64,000 bases of DNA from Minisyncoccota bacterium (GTDB taxonomy: Bacteria > Patescibacteriota > Minisyncoccia > UBA6257 > JAGOQP01): NCBI GenBank assembly GCA_017991375.1, contig JAGOQP010000002.1, forward strand, positions 2,259 through 66,258, in the 5' to 3' direction. A program made the position numbers and the translations under genes. The number at the start of each line of letters is the position of its first letter. Position 1 is the first letter of the stretch. Below are positions 1 through 9,281 of the stretch, piece by piece. The notes under the pieces were generated by a model, which was given only the letters and a program-made list of their open reading frames with translations, searched no databases and was not told the DNA's origin.

Positions 1-210
1 TCAAATCTTATCGCGGTCTCCGAAAAATCGGGACATATTGAAAATATTATGCAAACGCTTGCCGATTTTTATAAATCAGAAATAGAATCATCGGTCAAAT
101 CCCTTGTGTCATTTATAGAACCTGTCCTCCTTCTTTTTATCGGTATTATTGTGGGAACAATTGCGTTGGCGATCATTATTCCCGTATACCAACTCACGAG
201 TACGTTTTAG
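1..210 (+). CDS. pilC: GspF/PilC-type pilus platform protein, C-terminal fragment (5' end outside window)
   Basis: Frame-1 translation ...FIEPVLLLFIGIIVGTIALAIIIPVYQLTSTF* matches the conserved C-terminal TM segment of GspF/PilC; stop TAG 208-210. Confidence 0.7.
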   Translation, partial: SNLIAVSEKSGHIENIMQTLADFYKSEIESSVKSLVSFIEPVLLLFIGIIVGTIALAIIIPVYQLTSTF

Positions 211-245
211 ACAAACTAACCAGAGACAACTAACAACTAACAGCA

Positions 246-1346
246 ATGAAAAATTTCTTTTCACTTTCAATGTTTCACATTCGTCGTCACGGTTTCACTC
301 TCGTTGAGTTGCTCGTGGTTATTGGCATCATCGCGATTATTGCTGGGTTTTCATATATGAGCTTAAGTGGATTTAAAAACAGAAGAAGTTTTGACCTTGA
401 CGCGGAAAAAATCGTAGAGGGGATACGCAATGCTCAAAATAGCTCCATTGTACAAGAACAAGGCGCCGCGTGGCAGATTGTGTTTGCCAACACGATAACC
501 ACCAATGTTTCATTTGAAATTAGAAAAGCGACCGCTACAAGCTCAATCACCGGGAAAACAACGCTTTCAAGTGGTTCGTTTTCAAATCTATCATCGGGAG
601 CGACCACATCTATCGTTTTCGAGGCACGTACCGGAAAACCTTCTGATGGAGTAGCGCATACACTTGTGTTTAAAAGAAAAAACGCAACCGATACATATAT
701 TATCACGGTAAGTGTTCAAGGGGTTATCACGAGGCGTTTTGAAACGGGGCTTGCAATGGGATTACTCTTTGATGAGGCGACAAGCACGCTCTCATATGAT
801 ATTTCTGGCACGGGAAATAACGCAACGCTATATAATACTACGTGGTCCACGACAGGATGTCGTAGTGGATCGTGTTTATATTTTAACGGAAACCCGTCAG
901 CGTATGCGTCTTTTGGGACCACCCAATTCGGTTCAACGCAAGGGACTATATCATTATGGGTAAAAGCAACGGGCGTTTCCACCGATTCTTTCTTGTTTTA
1001 TCACCAAAACGCAGGGGAAAATCTAAATATCAGACCAAACAATCCTTCGCGTTTTATTGTGGATATTGATGACGGATCTTATTATGCGTATGCGGCTCCG
1101 TATGAGGGGGAGTGGGTTCATTATGTTTTAACTTACGATAATCAAGCTGGCATCTCTTTCTTTTACAGAAATGGAGCGGCGGTTTCCTCGAGTACGTATG
1201 CGACCAACGGGACTCTATTATTTGGTTCCACAGCGCGTATCGGTTATAGCACGGGATCGGGTTTTTATGGATTGATTGATGACGTGCGCGTGTACGACCA
1301 CGCGCTCACCCAGCAAGAAGTTCAATCGCTCTACGCTAGTTATTAA
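246..1346 (+). CDS. prepilin-type pseudopilin with C-terminal LamG/concanavalin-like domain
   Basis: N-terminus MKNFFSLSMFHIRRHG|FTLVELLVVIGIIAI (G/FTLVE prepilin cleavage-methylation motif, E at +5); C-terminus ...LIDDVRVYDHALTQQEVQSLY is typical of LamG domains. Confidence 0.8.
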   Translation: MKNFFSLSMFHIRRHGFTLVELLVVIGIIAIIAGFSYMSLSGFKNRRSFDLDAEKIVEGIRNAQNSSIVQEQGAAWQIVFANTITTNVSFEIRKATATSSITGKTTLSSGSFSNLSSGATTSIVFEARTGKPSDGVAHTLVFKRKNATDTYIITVSVQGVITRRFETGLAMGLLFDEATSTLSYDISGTGNNATLYNTTWSTTGCRSGSCLYFNGNPSAYASFGTTQFGSTQGTISLWVKATGVSTDSFLFYHQNAGENLNIRPNNPSRFIVDIDDGSYYAYAAPYEGEWVHYVLTYDNQAGISFFYRNGAAVSSSTYATNGTLLFGSTARIGYSTGSGFYGLIDDVRVYDHALTQQEVQSLYASY

Positions 1347-1351
1347 TACAT

Positions 1352-3091
1352 ATGCTCTTTATATCAAACTTAGTACAGCTCATGCGTTCATACGCTACAC
1401 GCATGCCATTTCATAACTTATCACAGGCAAAAAACGAAGAGCCATATACCATATACCATAAGCTATACGCTATTTCTACTGCCCGTTCGGGGCAACTCCT
1501 TGCCGAGGTGCTGATTGCGATTGCGGTAGGGAGCATTCTTATTATTGGGTCAACGATCGCGATGGTGTCTGTCGTAAGAACGAATAATCAAAATAGACAA
1601 AATCAAGCAGGTAGTGCGATGGCACACGATATGTTAGAGAGAATCCGGGCGCTGAGTGTCCGTGACTGGAACACGCTTAGCTCGCTTTCGCGTGGATCAA
1701 ACAATGCATACGCCGTGGCGCCAGGAACGTCAACCGCTTCTATTTTTTTGGGTAAGGAGGGTGTCTTGCTTAACGATATAACGGCGGGACTGGTGGGGCA
1801 TTGGAAATTTGACGAGCTTTCCGGAACAACTGTGTATGATTTCTCGGGGAATCAAAATAATGGAGTTTTGGGAACTACGACGCGCGTATCTGCCACGTCA
1901 AGTTGTCCTGTTAGTTTTTGCGCGAGTTTTAATGGAACGAGTAGCTCTCTCACCGTTCCGGATAATACCACCTTGGATATTTCAGGACAGTTTACGCTTG
2001 CCGCTTGGGTACGGTGGGATCAGTTTAAAAATCATGGCATTATTGCTCAAAAAGGAACGGGTGCCGACGCGAATGTTATGAATTATGGAATTGTTTCGTC
2101 TGTAGGAAATCAAATAACCGGAAGTATTAGCACCGCGACTACCAGCAATTCAGTTTCGTATACATCAGCAAGCATTCTTTCAACAAACACATGGCACCAC
2201 ATCGCCTTCGTTGCCGATGGATCAACGCTTACGTTATACGTTAATGGTGTTTCTCGGGCAACTCAGCAACAACTTATCCAACCACGGGCGAATGCTAATC
2301 CATTTCTCATATCGTCTCCATATTCATCGTACTCTTTTGATGGCGCCATCGACGACGTTCGTTTATATAATAGAGCGCTGAACACGAATGAAATTAACGC
2401 TCTTGCAAAAAATCTCGTGCTTATGAGAATGTTTTTTGTGGATTCAGTAGCGCGAGATCAATGCGGAAGTGGGAATGTTACTACAACGGCGACAACTACA
2501 TGCGTAACATGGAACGGCATTGCGTCTGATCCGTCAACGCTCAATATAACAACCCAAGTTCTATCAAATAGCAGCACGTTTTCAATTGTAGTTCCCACAT
2601 TAATAACAAGAACGCAAAACAATTCGGCGATTCAAAAAGGATGGTTGGAAGAATCAATTATTGGGCCTGTTTCCGATTTTGAGCTTGGTTTTGCAAGTTC
2701 GTCAAATATTGCGCTGGTGGGGCAGTCAATTCGTCCCCTGACATCTTCAACAACAGGGATCGTGTACTCAAGCATATTAGACACGCGGGGTACGTTAGGA
2801 GTGAATTTTAATACGTTGTGGTGGCACGGAACCTTACCTACTAATGCTCATGTTCGTTTCCAAATCGCATCATCAAATTCATCAAGCACATCAGGGTGGA
2901 ATTTCATTGGTCCTGGAGGAACATCTTTGATAACTGATTATTATGAACCATCCGATTCGGGAAAGCCGACTAAAATAAATATTCAATACCACAATAACCA
3001 TCGCTTTTTTAGATACAAACTTTTCTTAGTTCCTGATTCCGCTGGGCTAGGGCCGATTGTTAACGACGCGGTTATTAATTGGAGTTTCTAA
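1352..3091 (+). CDS. large pseudopilin-like protein with LamG domain (start codon uncertain)
   Basis: ...ARSG|QLLAEVLIAIAVGSILIIG (E at +5) TM helix; internal LamG-like block LVGHWKFDELSGTTVYDFSGNQNNG...DDVRLYNRALNTNEINAL; leader is unusually long, so the start may be internal (M at 1403). Confidence 0.7.
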   Translation: MLFISNLVQLMRSYATRMPFHNLSQAKNEEPYTIYHKLYAISTARSGQLLAEVLIAIAVGSILIIGSTIAMVSVVRTNNQNRQNQAGSAMAHDMLERIRALSVRDWNTLSSLSRGSNNAYAVAPGTSTASIFLGKEGVLLNDITAGLVGHWKFDELSGTTVYDFSGNQNNGVLGTTTRVSATSSCPVSFCASFNGTSSSLTVPDNTTLDISGQFTLAAWVRWDQFKNHGIIAQKGTGADANVMNYGIVSSVGNQITGSISTATTSNSVSYTSASILSTNTWHHIAFVADGSTLTLYVNGVSRATQQQLIQPRANANPFLISSPYSSYSFDGAIDDVRLYNRALNTNEINALAKNLVLMRMFFVDSVARDQCGSGNVTTTATTTCVTWNGIASDPSTLNITTQVLSNSSTFSIVVPTLITRTQNNSAIQKGWLEESIIGPVSDFELGFASSSNIALVGQSIRPLTSSTTGIVYSSILDTRGTLGVNFNTLWWHGTLPTNAHVRFQIASSNSSSTSGWNFIGPGGTSLITDYYEPSDSGKPTKINIQYHNNHRFFRYKLFLVPDSAGLGPIVNDAVINWSF

Positions 3092-3095
3092 TGAT

Positions 3096-3665
3096 ATGAC
3101 GATTAGACGAGGGCTATATATTGGCATAGTCGGCCTTTGCGCGTTGTGTGCCTTAGGGCTCTTTTTTCATTATCGTGAACATGCTTTGAATACAACACAA
3201 AACGTCGGCAATATAACATGTGTTACACGAGAGTATGAAGCGTTGGTGCAGGGCGTGTCGCTTGAAGAGATTGTGAAACCGGGATCGTTAGTGCGTGTTC
3301 AAGAGGGGTTTTATAACTGTAACCCAGTAAGACGAGGGGACGTGGTCGCGTATCATTACGCGGGAAACGCCGCGCCGGTTATTAAGATAGTATATGGTAT
3401 TCCCGGGGATGCGTGGCGCGTTTCTATGTCCGCAAGCGGAACTACAATCATTCTTAATGAACAAAACGTGACTACCCCTGCGGGTAAGACGTTCTTGATG
3501 ACATCAAAGCGGGCACAGATGCTTTCGATGTATGCGCGGGATTATCCAATTATTCCCGCCGACACCTATTTGCTTCTTGGTACCGATCCATGGGGGACGC
3601 TTGATAGCTCTCGCTTTGGACTGGTCCATAAAAATGATCTTATTGGGCGTGCGCGCGCGCAGTAG
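3096..3665 (+). CDS. S26 signal peptidase I-like protein
   Basis: N-terminal TM helix; RGDVVAYHY...VIKIVYGIPGD and LLLGTDPWGTLDSSRFGLVHKNDLIGRA resemble SPase I boxes D and E; start placed at M14 of the printed ORF to avoid overlap with the upstream gene. Confidence 0.5.
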   Translation: MTIRRGLYIGIVGLCALCALGLFFHYREHALNTTQNVGNITCVTREYEALVQGVSLEEIVKPGSLVRVQEGFYNCNPVRRGDVVAYHYAGNAAPVIKIVYGIPGDAWRVSMSASGTTIILNEQNVTTPAGKTFLMTSKRAQMLSMYARDYPIIPADTYLLLGTDPWGTLDSSRFGLVHKNDLIGRARAQ

Positions 3666-3720
3666 TGTTGTTGGGCGCCCATTAAAAAGGTATACTCAGT
3701 ACAAAGGGAAATAAAAACAT

Positions 3721-4164
3721 ATGACACAGACACGTGGTGGCGCTATTGCTCTTTCAGTCATTCTTATCGTTGGTGTTATCGTTGTGGAAATAGCGGCCGC
3801 GAGTATGCTTATTTCTTATTTCGCGAATCAAGAAGGATTCGGGACGCGTCTAGCAATAATAGCGGCAACATCTGCTCGAGTAGGAGTAGATGAAGCATTG
3901 CGGCGGATCGTGCGAGGTGATTATGCGTCAGCAGGAGGATCTTTCTCGGTATCTTTGGCAGGAAATGCATCCGCTGGCGTTACTGTCTGTAAGGACTTAA
4001 AAACAGTAACATCAGCGTGTGATACGGCTAACGGGGGCTTGTACGAGATTACTTCTATTGGATCAGCGGTGACTAAAAAAAGCAAATTACGAGCGTATGT
4101 TGTGGTTGATACCTTAACAGGACGAATGACTATTGAGTCAAGTCAATATAGCGCGGTAGAATAG
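3721..4164 (+). CDS. small membrane-anchored protein (possible minor pilin/pilus accessory)
   Basis: 147-aa ORF with a single N-terminal TM helix (AIALSVILIVGVIVVEIAAASMLI) inside the pilus gene cluster; no recognised motif. Confidence 0.45.
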   Translation: MTQTRGGAIALSVILIVGVIVVEIAAASMLISYFANQEGFGTRLAIIAATSARVGVDEALRRIVRGDYASAGGSFSVSLAGNASAGVTVCKDLKTVTSACDTANGGLYEITSIGSAVTKKSKLRAYVVVDTLTGRMTIESSQYSAVE

Positions 4165-4189
4165 AAAAAGAGGTGAAAATTTTTTAGCG

Positions 4190-5731
4190 TTGTGTATGAA
4201 AAAAATAATCAATGTCGCACGTACTATTATTTTGCGCGCCGCGCGCGTTATTAAACCCGAGCTAGAAATTGGCGGGCTTGATATAAGCGATAGTAGAATT
4301 TCGTTTATTTCTATCAACCCAGAAACCGACGCCGTAACGCAAGCATCGTGCAAATTACCCACAGGCGCGGTGCAAGATGGTGTTATCAAAGACAGTGGCG
4401 CGTTTCAGAAAGCTCTTAAAGAGCTTCACGCGCGTATTACTTATTCAGAGAATAAGAAAATACCCGTTATTGTTTCCATATCTGATACGAATGTATTCAC
4501 GCAAGCATTTACCCTTCCTCAGTTTCAAGGATCGGCGCTAAAAGATGCGGTGGAACTTAATATGCGTGCCGCGTCTCCCATTGAGTATGAGCATACGTAT
4601 CATGATTGGGAGCAAATACAAAAAAGAAACGATCAAGATAGCACAGGCGAAACTGAATTACTCTCATCGTTCATCAAAAAGGATATTATTGATGTATTAT
4701 GCCAAAATCTTAAAAACACCTCATTTATACCAGTGGCCATTGAGCAACGGGCCGTATCTTTCGCTCGTTGTATTAACGAGTTAGTGGACGATGTCACGTT
4801 TGATATTCCCTACTGTATATTGCATATAGGGGGCGACGGGGCGAGTTTCGCTATTATCAAATGGGGGAGGGTATATTTTGCAAATAACGTATCATGGGAC
4901 GCGGTAGTCCATACCGCGCATGCTCGTGAAATCTCTTTTGCTGAATTCACTTCATCAATTGTTCAAGGGGTGCAACGCATTGTAAATTACTACACGAGTC
5001 GCTTCCCCGATGATCTATCGGCGCTCTTTTTTGTCGCGCCAGGCCTTGAGCAAAACATTATTCCCATCTTAAGCAGCCATATTCATCTTCCTATCAAACC
5101 AGTGGCGCTTAAAAAATATATTGTTGAGGGGGATTCTATTATTGCCTTAGGTGGAGCGTTGCGCGGTCTTGTTTCAAGATCAAAAGATGCTCAGATCAGT
5201 TTAACACCAGAGGGAACCGAGGCAGAATTCTTTCATTCTCAGGTAACAACTTTTATTACTATGTGGCGCGCTATTGCGGTGGTGGTGTGTGGAGTTATTC
5301 TTGTGGCGGCATTTAGTTCGTTCTTGTTCCTTCGGACGGTCGTTTATAAAAACGCTCAAGGTCTTTCTGTTCTCTCGGTTGGACATACGGCGCAAGAGCT
5401 TGGGGCAAAAAAACGGGAAGCAGAAGTTTTTAACGCGCACATTGATCGCGCGCTTAGGGCAAAAGCACAACAAACAAGGTGGGCAGAAGTCGTTGATGCG
5501 TTATATAAAAAAGCGGGGACAGAAATTGTTATTGAACGCTTATATGCGCAATCGCCTGGTCTCCCGGTACTCGTTAATGCGCGTGCTATCAATGAGCAAG
5601 CAATGATAACGTTTAAAAACGAACTTTCACAGATTGCGCGGCTTAAAAATATAGATTTACCGGTAACAAGCGTCATTAGAGCGGATAACGGAGAAATGAC
5701 ATTCCGTCTATCGTTTACTTTGGATAAATAA
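4190..5731 (+). CDS. PilM-like (actin-fold) + PilN-like fusion protein
   Basis: N-terminal ~350 aa pilM-like (GLDISDSRISFISINPETDAVTQASCKLPTGAVQDGVIKD); a TM helix (ITMWRAIAVVVCGVILVAAFSSFLFL) follows, then a ~150-aa PilN-like periplasmic tail. Confidence 0.65.
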   Translation: MCMKKIINVARTIILRAARVIKPELEIGGLDISDSRISFISINPETDAVTQASCKLPTGAVQDGVIKDSGAFQKALKELHARITYSENKKIPVIVSISDTNVFTQAFTLPQFQGSALKDAVELNMRAASPIEYEHTYHDWEQIQKRNDQDSTGETELLSSFIKKDIIDVLCQNLKNTSFIPVAIEQRAVSFARCINELVDDVTFDIPYCILHIGGDGASFAIIKWGRVYFANNVSWDAVVHTAHAREISFAEFTSSIVQGVQRIVNYYTSRFPDDLSALFFVAPGLEQNIIPILSSHIHLPIKPVALKKYIVEGDSIIALGGALRGLVSRSKDAQISLTPEGTEAEFFHSQVTTFITMWRAIAVVVCGVILVAAFSSFLFLRTVVYKNAQGLSVLSVGHTAQELGAKKREAEVFNAHIDRALRAKAQQTRWAEVVDALYKKAGTEIVIERLYAQSPGLPVLVNARAINEQAMITFKNELSQIARLKNIDLPVTSVIRADNGEMTFRLSFTLDK

Positions 5732-5746
5732 CTACGAAATACGAAT
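5732..5746. repeat. left inverted repeat flanking GxxExxY gene (CTACGAAATACGAAT)
   Basis: Perfect 15-bp inverse complement of 6298-6312; flanking TACGAATATACGAA blocks extend the imperfect IR to ~45 bp. Confidence 0.8.
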
Positions 5747-5819
5747 GGTGCAATACGAATATACGAACTGTATTATAGCGAATTTTTCACAGCAGGCTAG
5801 TATACAAAGTTAAACTTAA

Positions 5820-6224
5820 ATGATGTTAAAAACTCCCATTCGAGACGATTTACTCTACCCAAATGAAACGTATCGGATAATGGGCGTGCTATTTGATGTA
5901 TGGAACCAAATAGGGTGGGGACATAGAGAACGAGTCTATCAGAACGCTTGCGCGGTGGCTTTTAAGAAGGCATTGATTCCATTCAAGAAAGAAGTGCATA
6001 TCCCTGTATTTTATAGAGGAGAAAAAATCTCTCATTCATTGAGCGATTTTCTTTTGTTTGATTGTATTATATTGGAGATAAAGGTTAGATCATTTTTTAG
6101 ATTGGGGGATATAAGACAGTGTTATAGGTACTTAAAGGAAAGTAATATGAAACTTGCAATTATCGCGCATTTTACAAAAGATGGCGTAAAATTTAAGCGA
6201 ATTGTAAATATTCCTAATAACTAG
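5820..6224 (+). CDS. GxxExxY family protein (PD-(D/E)xK-like)
   Basis: Signature WGHRERVYQNA (G-x-x-E-x-x-Y) near the N-terminus; 134 aa; flanked by inverted repeats. Confidence 0.8.
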   Translation: MMLKTPIRDDLLYPNETYRIMGVLFDVWNQIGWGHRERVYQNACAVAFKKALIPFKKEVHIPVFYRGEKISHSLSDFLLFDCIILEIKVRSFFRLGDIRQCYRYLKESNMKLAIIAHFTKDGVKFKRIVNIPNN

Positions 6225-6297
6225 TACAATTTTCTTGTTCGTCTGTTTGTTCATTAATAGTTCATATTGTCTAGGATTCGTATATTCGTACTATCCA

Positions 6298-6312
6298 ATT
6301 CGTATTTCGTAG
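6298..6312. repeat. right inverted repeat flanking GxxExxY gene (ATTCGTATTTCGTAG)
   Basis: Reverse complement of 5732-5746. Confidence 0.8.
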
Positions 6313-6321
6313 TATTGTTCT

Positions 6322-9024
6322 ATGTATAACCACAAAAAAATAGAAAAAAAATGGAGCACGCGGTGGAAAAAAGAGCGGTTATTTGAGTTGCCCGATAAAT
6401 ACATTCCCACCAAAAGAAGTAAGGCAATGTATATTTTAGATATGTTTCCTTATCCATCGGGCGCGGGGCTTCATGTGGGGCATCCTATGGGGTATATCGC
6501 TTCAGATGTGCTCTCTCGTTACTATCGTGCCCAGGGCAAAACCGTGCTTCACCCTATGGGATGGGACGCGTTTGGGTTGCCGGCGGAAAATTATGCAATC
6601 AAAAATAAGATTCATCCCAAGGTAGTGGTAAAGCAAAACGTTGCTCGATTTAAAAAACAAATTGATCGCATCGGATTTTCATACGATTGGTCGCGCGAAA
6701 TAAACACCACCGACCCCCAGTACTACAAATGGACGCAATGGATTTTTCTTAAATTATTTGAACATGGACTAGCGTATAAAAAAGAGACGCCAGTTAACTG
6801 GTGCCCATCATGCAAGACGGTATTGGCGGACGAGGAGGTTGAAAATGGGGCCTGCGAAAGATGCCATAGTGCTGTTGAAAGAAAAAATATAGAACAGTGG
6901 ATGCTTAAAATTACTCGATATGCTGATCGTTTGTTAAATGATCTAGACACTATAGAATGGCCAGAAAAAGTAAAAACCATGCAACGTAACTGGATTGGGA
7001 AATCCACCGGCGCGTTAATCGATTTCGGATTTCGGATTTCGGATTTTGGAGGTCAAGGATCAAAGATTAAAGATCACCGATTTAATATCCCTATTTTCAC
7101 CACCCGTCCCGATACGCTCTTTGGCGCGACACATCTTGTTATTGCTCCCGAACATCAACTTATCAAAGAGCTTGGCGATACTATCAAAAACAATAAAGAG
7201 GTTGCCGCGTATGTGCGTGCGGCGGTCAACAAATCAGATCAAGAACGTATTACTGAAGGAAAAAATAAGACGGGGGTGCGTTTGGAAGGAATAACGGCAA
7301 TCAATCCAGCGAACAAAAAGGAGATTCCAATCTTTGTTGCTGATTATGTGTTGCCACATTATGGTACCGGAGCGATTATGGCGGTGCCTGCCCACGATAG
7401 TCGCGATTTTGATTTTGCTAAAAAATATAATCTTCCTATTGTGCCAGTTGTTTGTGATTATTATGAATATAGAAGTAAGAACGCAAACAATCAACTTCAA
7501 ATAAACAGAATATCTGTAAACGTAGTAGGAAGCTCTCCTAAAATAACCAATTTATCTGAAATTGCAAAGTTTAGAGAACAGGCATATAAAAATCTAAAAA
7601 AAGAGAATATCTGTTTTCGTGAGGGTATACTTTTTGATTCTGGAAAATATTCAGGATATCACTCAACTCTAGCGGCAAAGGAGATAGTAAAGAAAGTAAA
7701 AGGAACTTTTAAAACAACATACCGCCTGCGTGATTGGATATTCTCTCGCCAGCGATATTGGGGGGAACCATTCCCAGTCGTGTTTTGCCAACACTGCAAA
7801 AAAGAAATAGAGTCCTTCCTCGCTAAACATCATCTCTCTCCCGACGCTTTTATTTCTTCCACTTCTCACTTACCACTTACCACTACCCGCTATTCTCTCG
7901 GCGAACTCCTCAACCCCGGTTGGGTTCCACTTAAAGAAAAAGATCTTCCACTTACATTGCCAAAAGTAAAAAAATATGAACCCACAGGCACACTCAATTC
8001 CCCGCTGGCCGCAATATCTTCATGGGTAAACACCACATGTCCCCGGTGTGGCGGTAAGGCACAGCGCGAAACAAACACTATGCCGCAATGGGCTGGTTCG
8101 TGCTGGTATTATTTGCGTTATATAGATCCGCGTAATAAAAAAGAATTAGTCAACACGAAAAAAGCAAAATCATTTTTGCCTGTTGATATATACATCGGAG
8201 GTGTTGAGCACGCTGTCCTCCATTTGCTCTATGCTCGTTTTTGGCATAAGTTTCTTTACGATATTAAGGCAGTGCCAACCGCCGAACCATTTTATCAACT
8301 CAAAAACCAAGGTCTTATTCTCGGTCCCGATGGAGAGAAGATGTCAAAGTCAAGAGGAAATGTTATCAATCCCGATGATATTATTGATCGTTACGGCGCC
8401 GACGCGCTTCGCTTGTATGAAATGTTTATGGGGCCATTTGAGGATGCAAAACCATGGAGCACAGATGGTATTGTGGGACTTGCGCGATTTTTGGAACGCG
8501 TATGGAATATATACAAGAAAAAACCAAAAAAGAACGCGTCCACTGTTCGCAATAAAAAATTGGAACGCGTTATGCACTACACGATAAAAAAGGTGGGGGA
8601 GGATATAAAGAATTTACACTTTAATACAGCGGTGAGCGCGCTCATGATCGCGAGTAAGGAAATTGATGCTACGCACGACGTTCCCCAGTGGGTATATGAT
8701 TCGTTTATTGTGTTGTGTGCTCCTTTTGCTCCGTTTATCGCCGAAGAAATCTGGCGTGTTATGCTTGGGCATAAGCACTCGATTACCAAAGAAAAATGGC
8801 CAACATTTAATGCCCGCATGCTTGTTCGCGATGAAGTGGTAATCGCGGTACAGATTAATGGCAAGACAAAAGGAACGGTTACTGTTGATCAGGGATCAGA
8901 AAAAGAAACAGTTATTGGTGTTCTTAAGAAAGATAAAAAACTGACGACCCATATTGAAAATAAAATCATACTCAAAACGATATTTGTTCCTGATAGAGTT
9001 ATTAATCTTGTTATAAAACAATGA
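6322..9024 (+). CDS. leuS: leucyl-tRNA synthetase
   Basis: HIGH motif (PYPSGAGLHVGHPMGY), KMSKS motif (KMSKSRGN), 900 aa. Confidence 0.95.
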   Translation: MYNHKKIEKKWSTRWKKERLFELPDKYIPTKRSKAMYILDMFPYPSGAGLHVGHPMGYIASDVLSRYYRAQGKTVLHPMGWDAFGLPAENYAIKNKIHPKVVVKQNVARFKKQIDRIGFSYDWSREINTTDPQYYKWTQWIFLKLFEHGLAYKKETPVNWCPSCKTVLADEEVENGACERCHSAVERKNIEQWMLKITRYADRLLNDLDTIEWPEKVKTMQRNWIGKSTGALIDFGFRISDFGGQGSKIKDHRFNIPIFTTRPDTLFGATHLVIAPEHQLIKELGDTIKNNKEVAAYVRAAVNKSDQERITEGKNKTGVRLEGITAINPANKKEIPIFVADYVLPHYGTGAIMAVPAHDSRDFDFAKKYNLPIVPVVCDYYEYRSKNANNQLQINRISVNVVGSSPKITNLSEIAKFREQAYKNLKKENICFREGILFDSGKYSGYHSTLAAKEIVKKVKGTFKTTYRLRDWIFSRQRYWGEPFPVVFCQHCKKEIESFLAKHHLSPDAFISSTSHLPLTTTRYSLGELLNPGWVPLKEKDLPLTLPKVKKYEPTGTLNSPLAAISSWVNTTCPRCGGKAQRETNTMPQWAGSCWYYLRYIDPRNKKELVNTKKAKSFLPVDIYIGGVEHAVLHLLYARFWHKFLYDIKAVPTAEPFYQLKNQGLILGPDGEKMSKSRGNVINPDDIIDRYGADALRLYEMFMGPFEDAKPWSTDGIVGLARFLERVWNIYKKKPKKNASTVRNKKLERVMHYTIKKVGEDIKNLHFNTAVSALMIASKEIDATHDVPQWVYDSFIVLCAPFAPFIAEEIWRVMLGHKHSITKEKWPTFNARMLVRDEVVIAVQINGKTKGTVTVDQGSEKETVIGVLKKDKKLTTHIENKIILKTIFVPDRVINLVIKQ
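7021..7048 (+). repeat. in-frame heptanucleotide microsatellite (GATTTCG)x3 plus one imperfect unit inside leuS
   Basis: gatttcg gatttcg gatttcg gattttg encodes DFGFRISDFG in a variable loop just upstream of the TTRPDTLFGAT editing-domain motif. Confidence 0.85.
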
Positions 9025-9179
9025 GTAAAGAAACGGTAAAGAAAATCGCGATTGTGCTCGCGCTGTTTTTCTTCGTATTTTATATCGCTCGCGCAATTGT
9101 CGCGAAAACAACCTCTATTGAGTGGTTTCGCGGCCCCAGCGAACGTCAAGCTCCCTACGCGGGTTATTTTGGAAAGTGA
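9021..9179 (+). CDS. small membrane protein (52 aa), start overlaps the leuS stop (ATGA)
   Basis: MSKETVKKIAIVLALFFFVFYIARAIVAK... single TM helix; short ORF, so weak support. Confidence 0.3.
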   Translation: MSKETVKKIAIVLALFFFVFYIARAIVAKTTSIEWFRGPSERQAPYAGYFGK

Positions 9180-9281
9180 GCACGGGGTGGCCGATGATAA
9201 GTGGATAGTGGGTAGCGATTGGTGATTAGTGAATAAAAATAGAAGACGAACAATTGTCCCTTCTCCACTTACCACTATTCT

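Noticed and set aside
6723-9275. Numerous 60-130-aa antisense or out-of-frame ORFs inside leuS, dnaE, thrS, gyrB, the giant genes and other long genes
   Set aside because: They are embedded in well-supported long coding regions on the other strand or frame and have no RBS.
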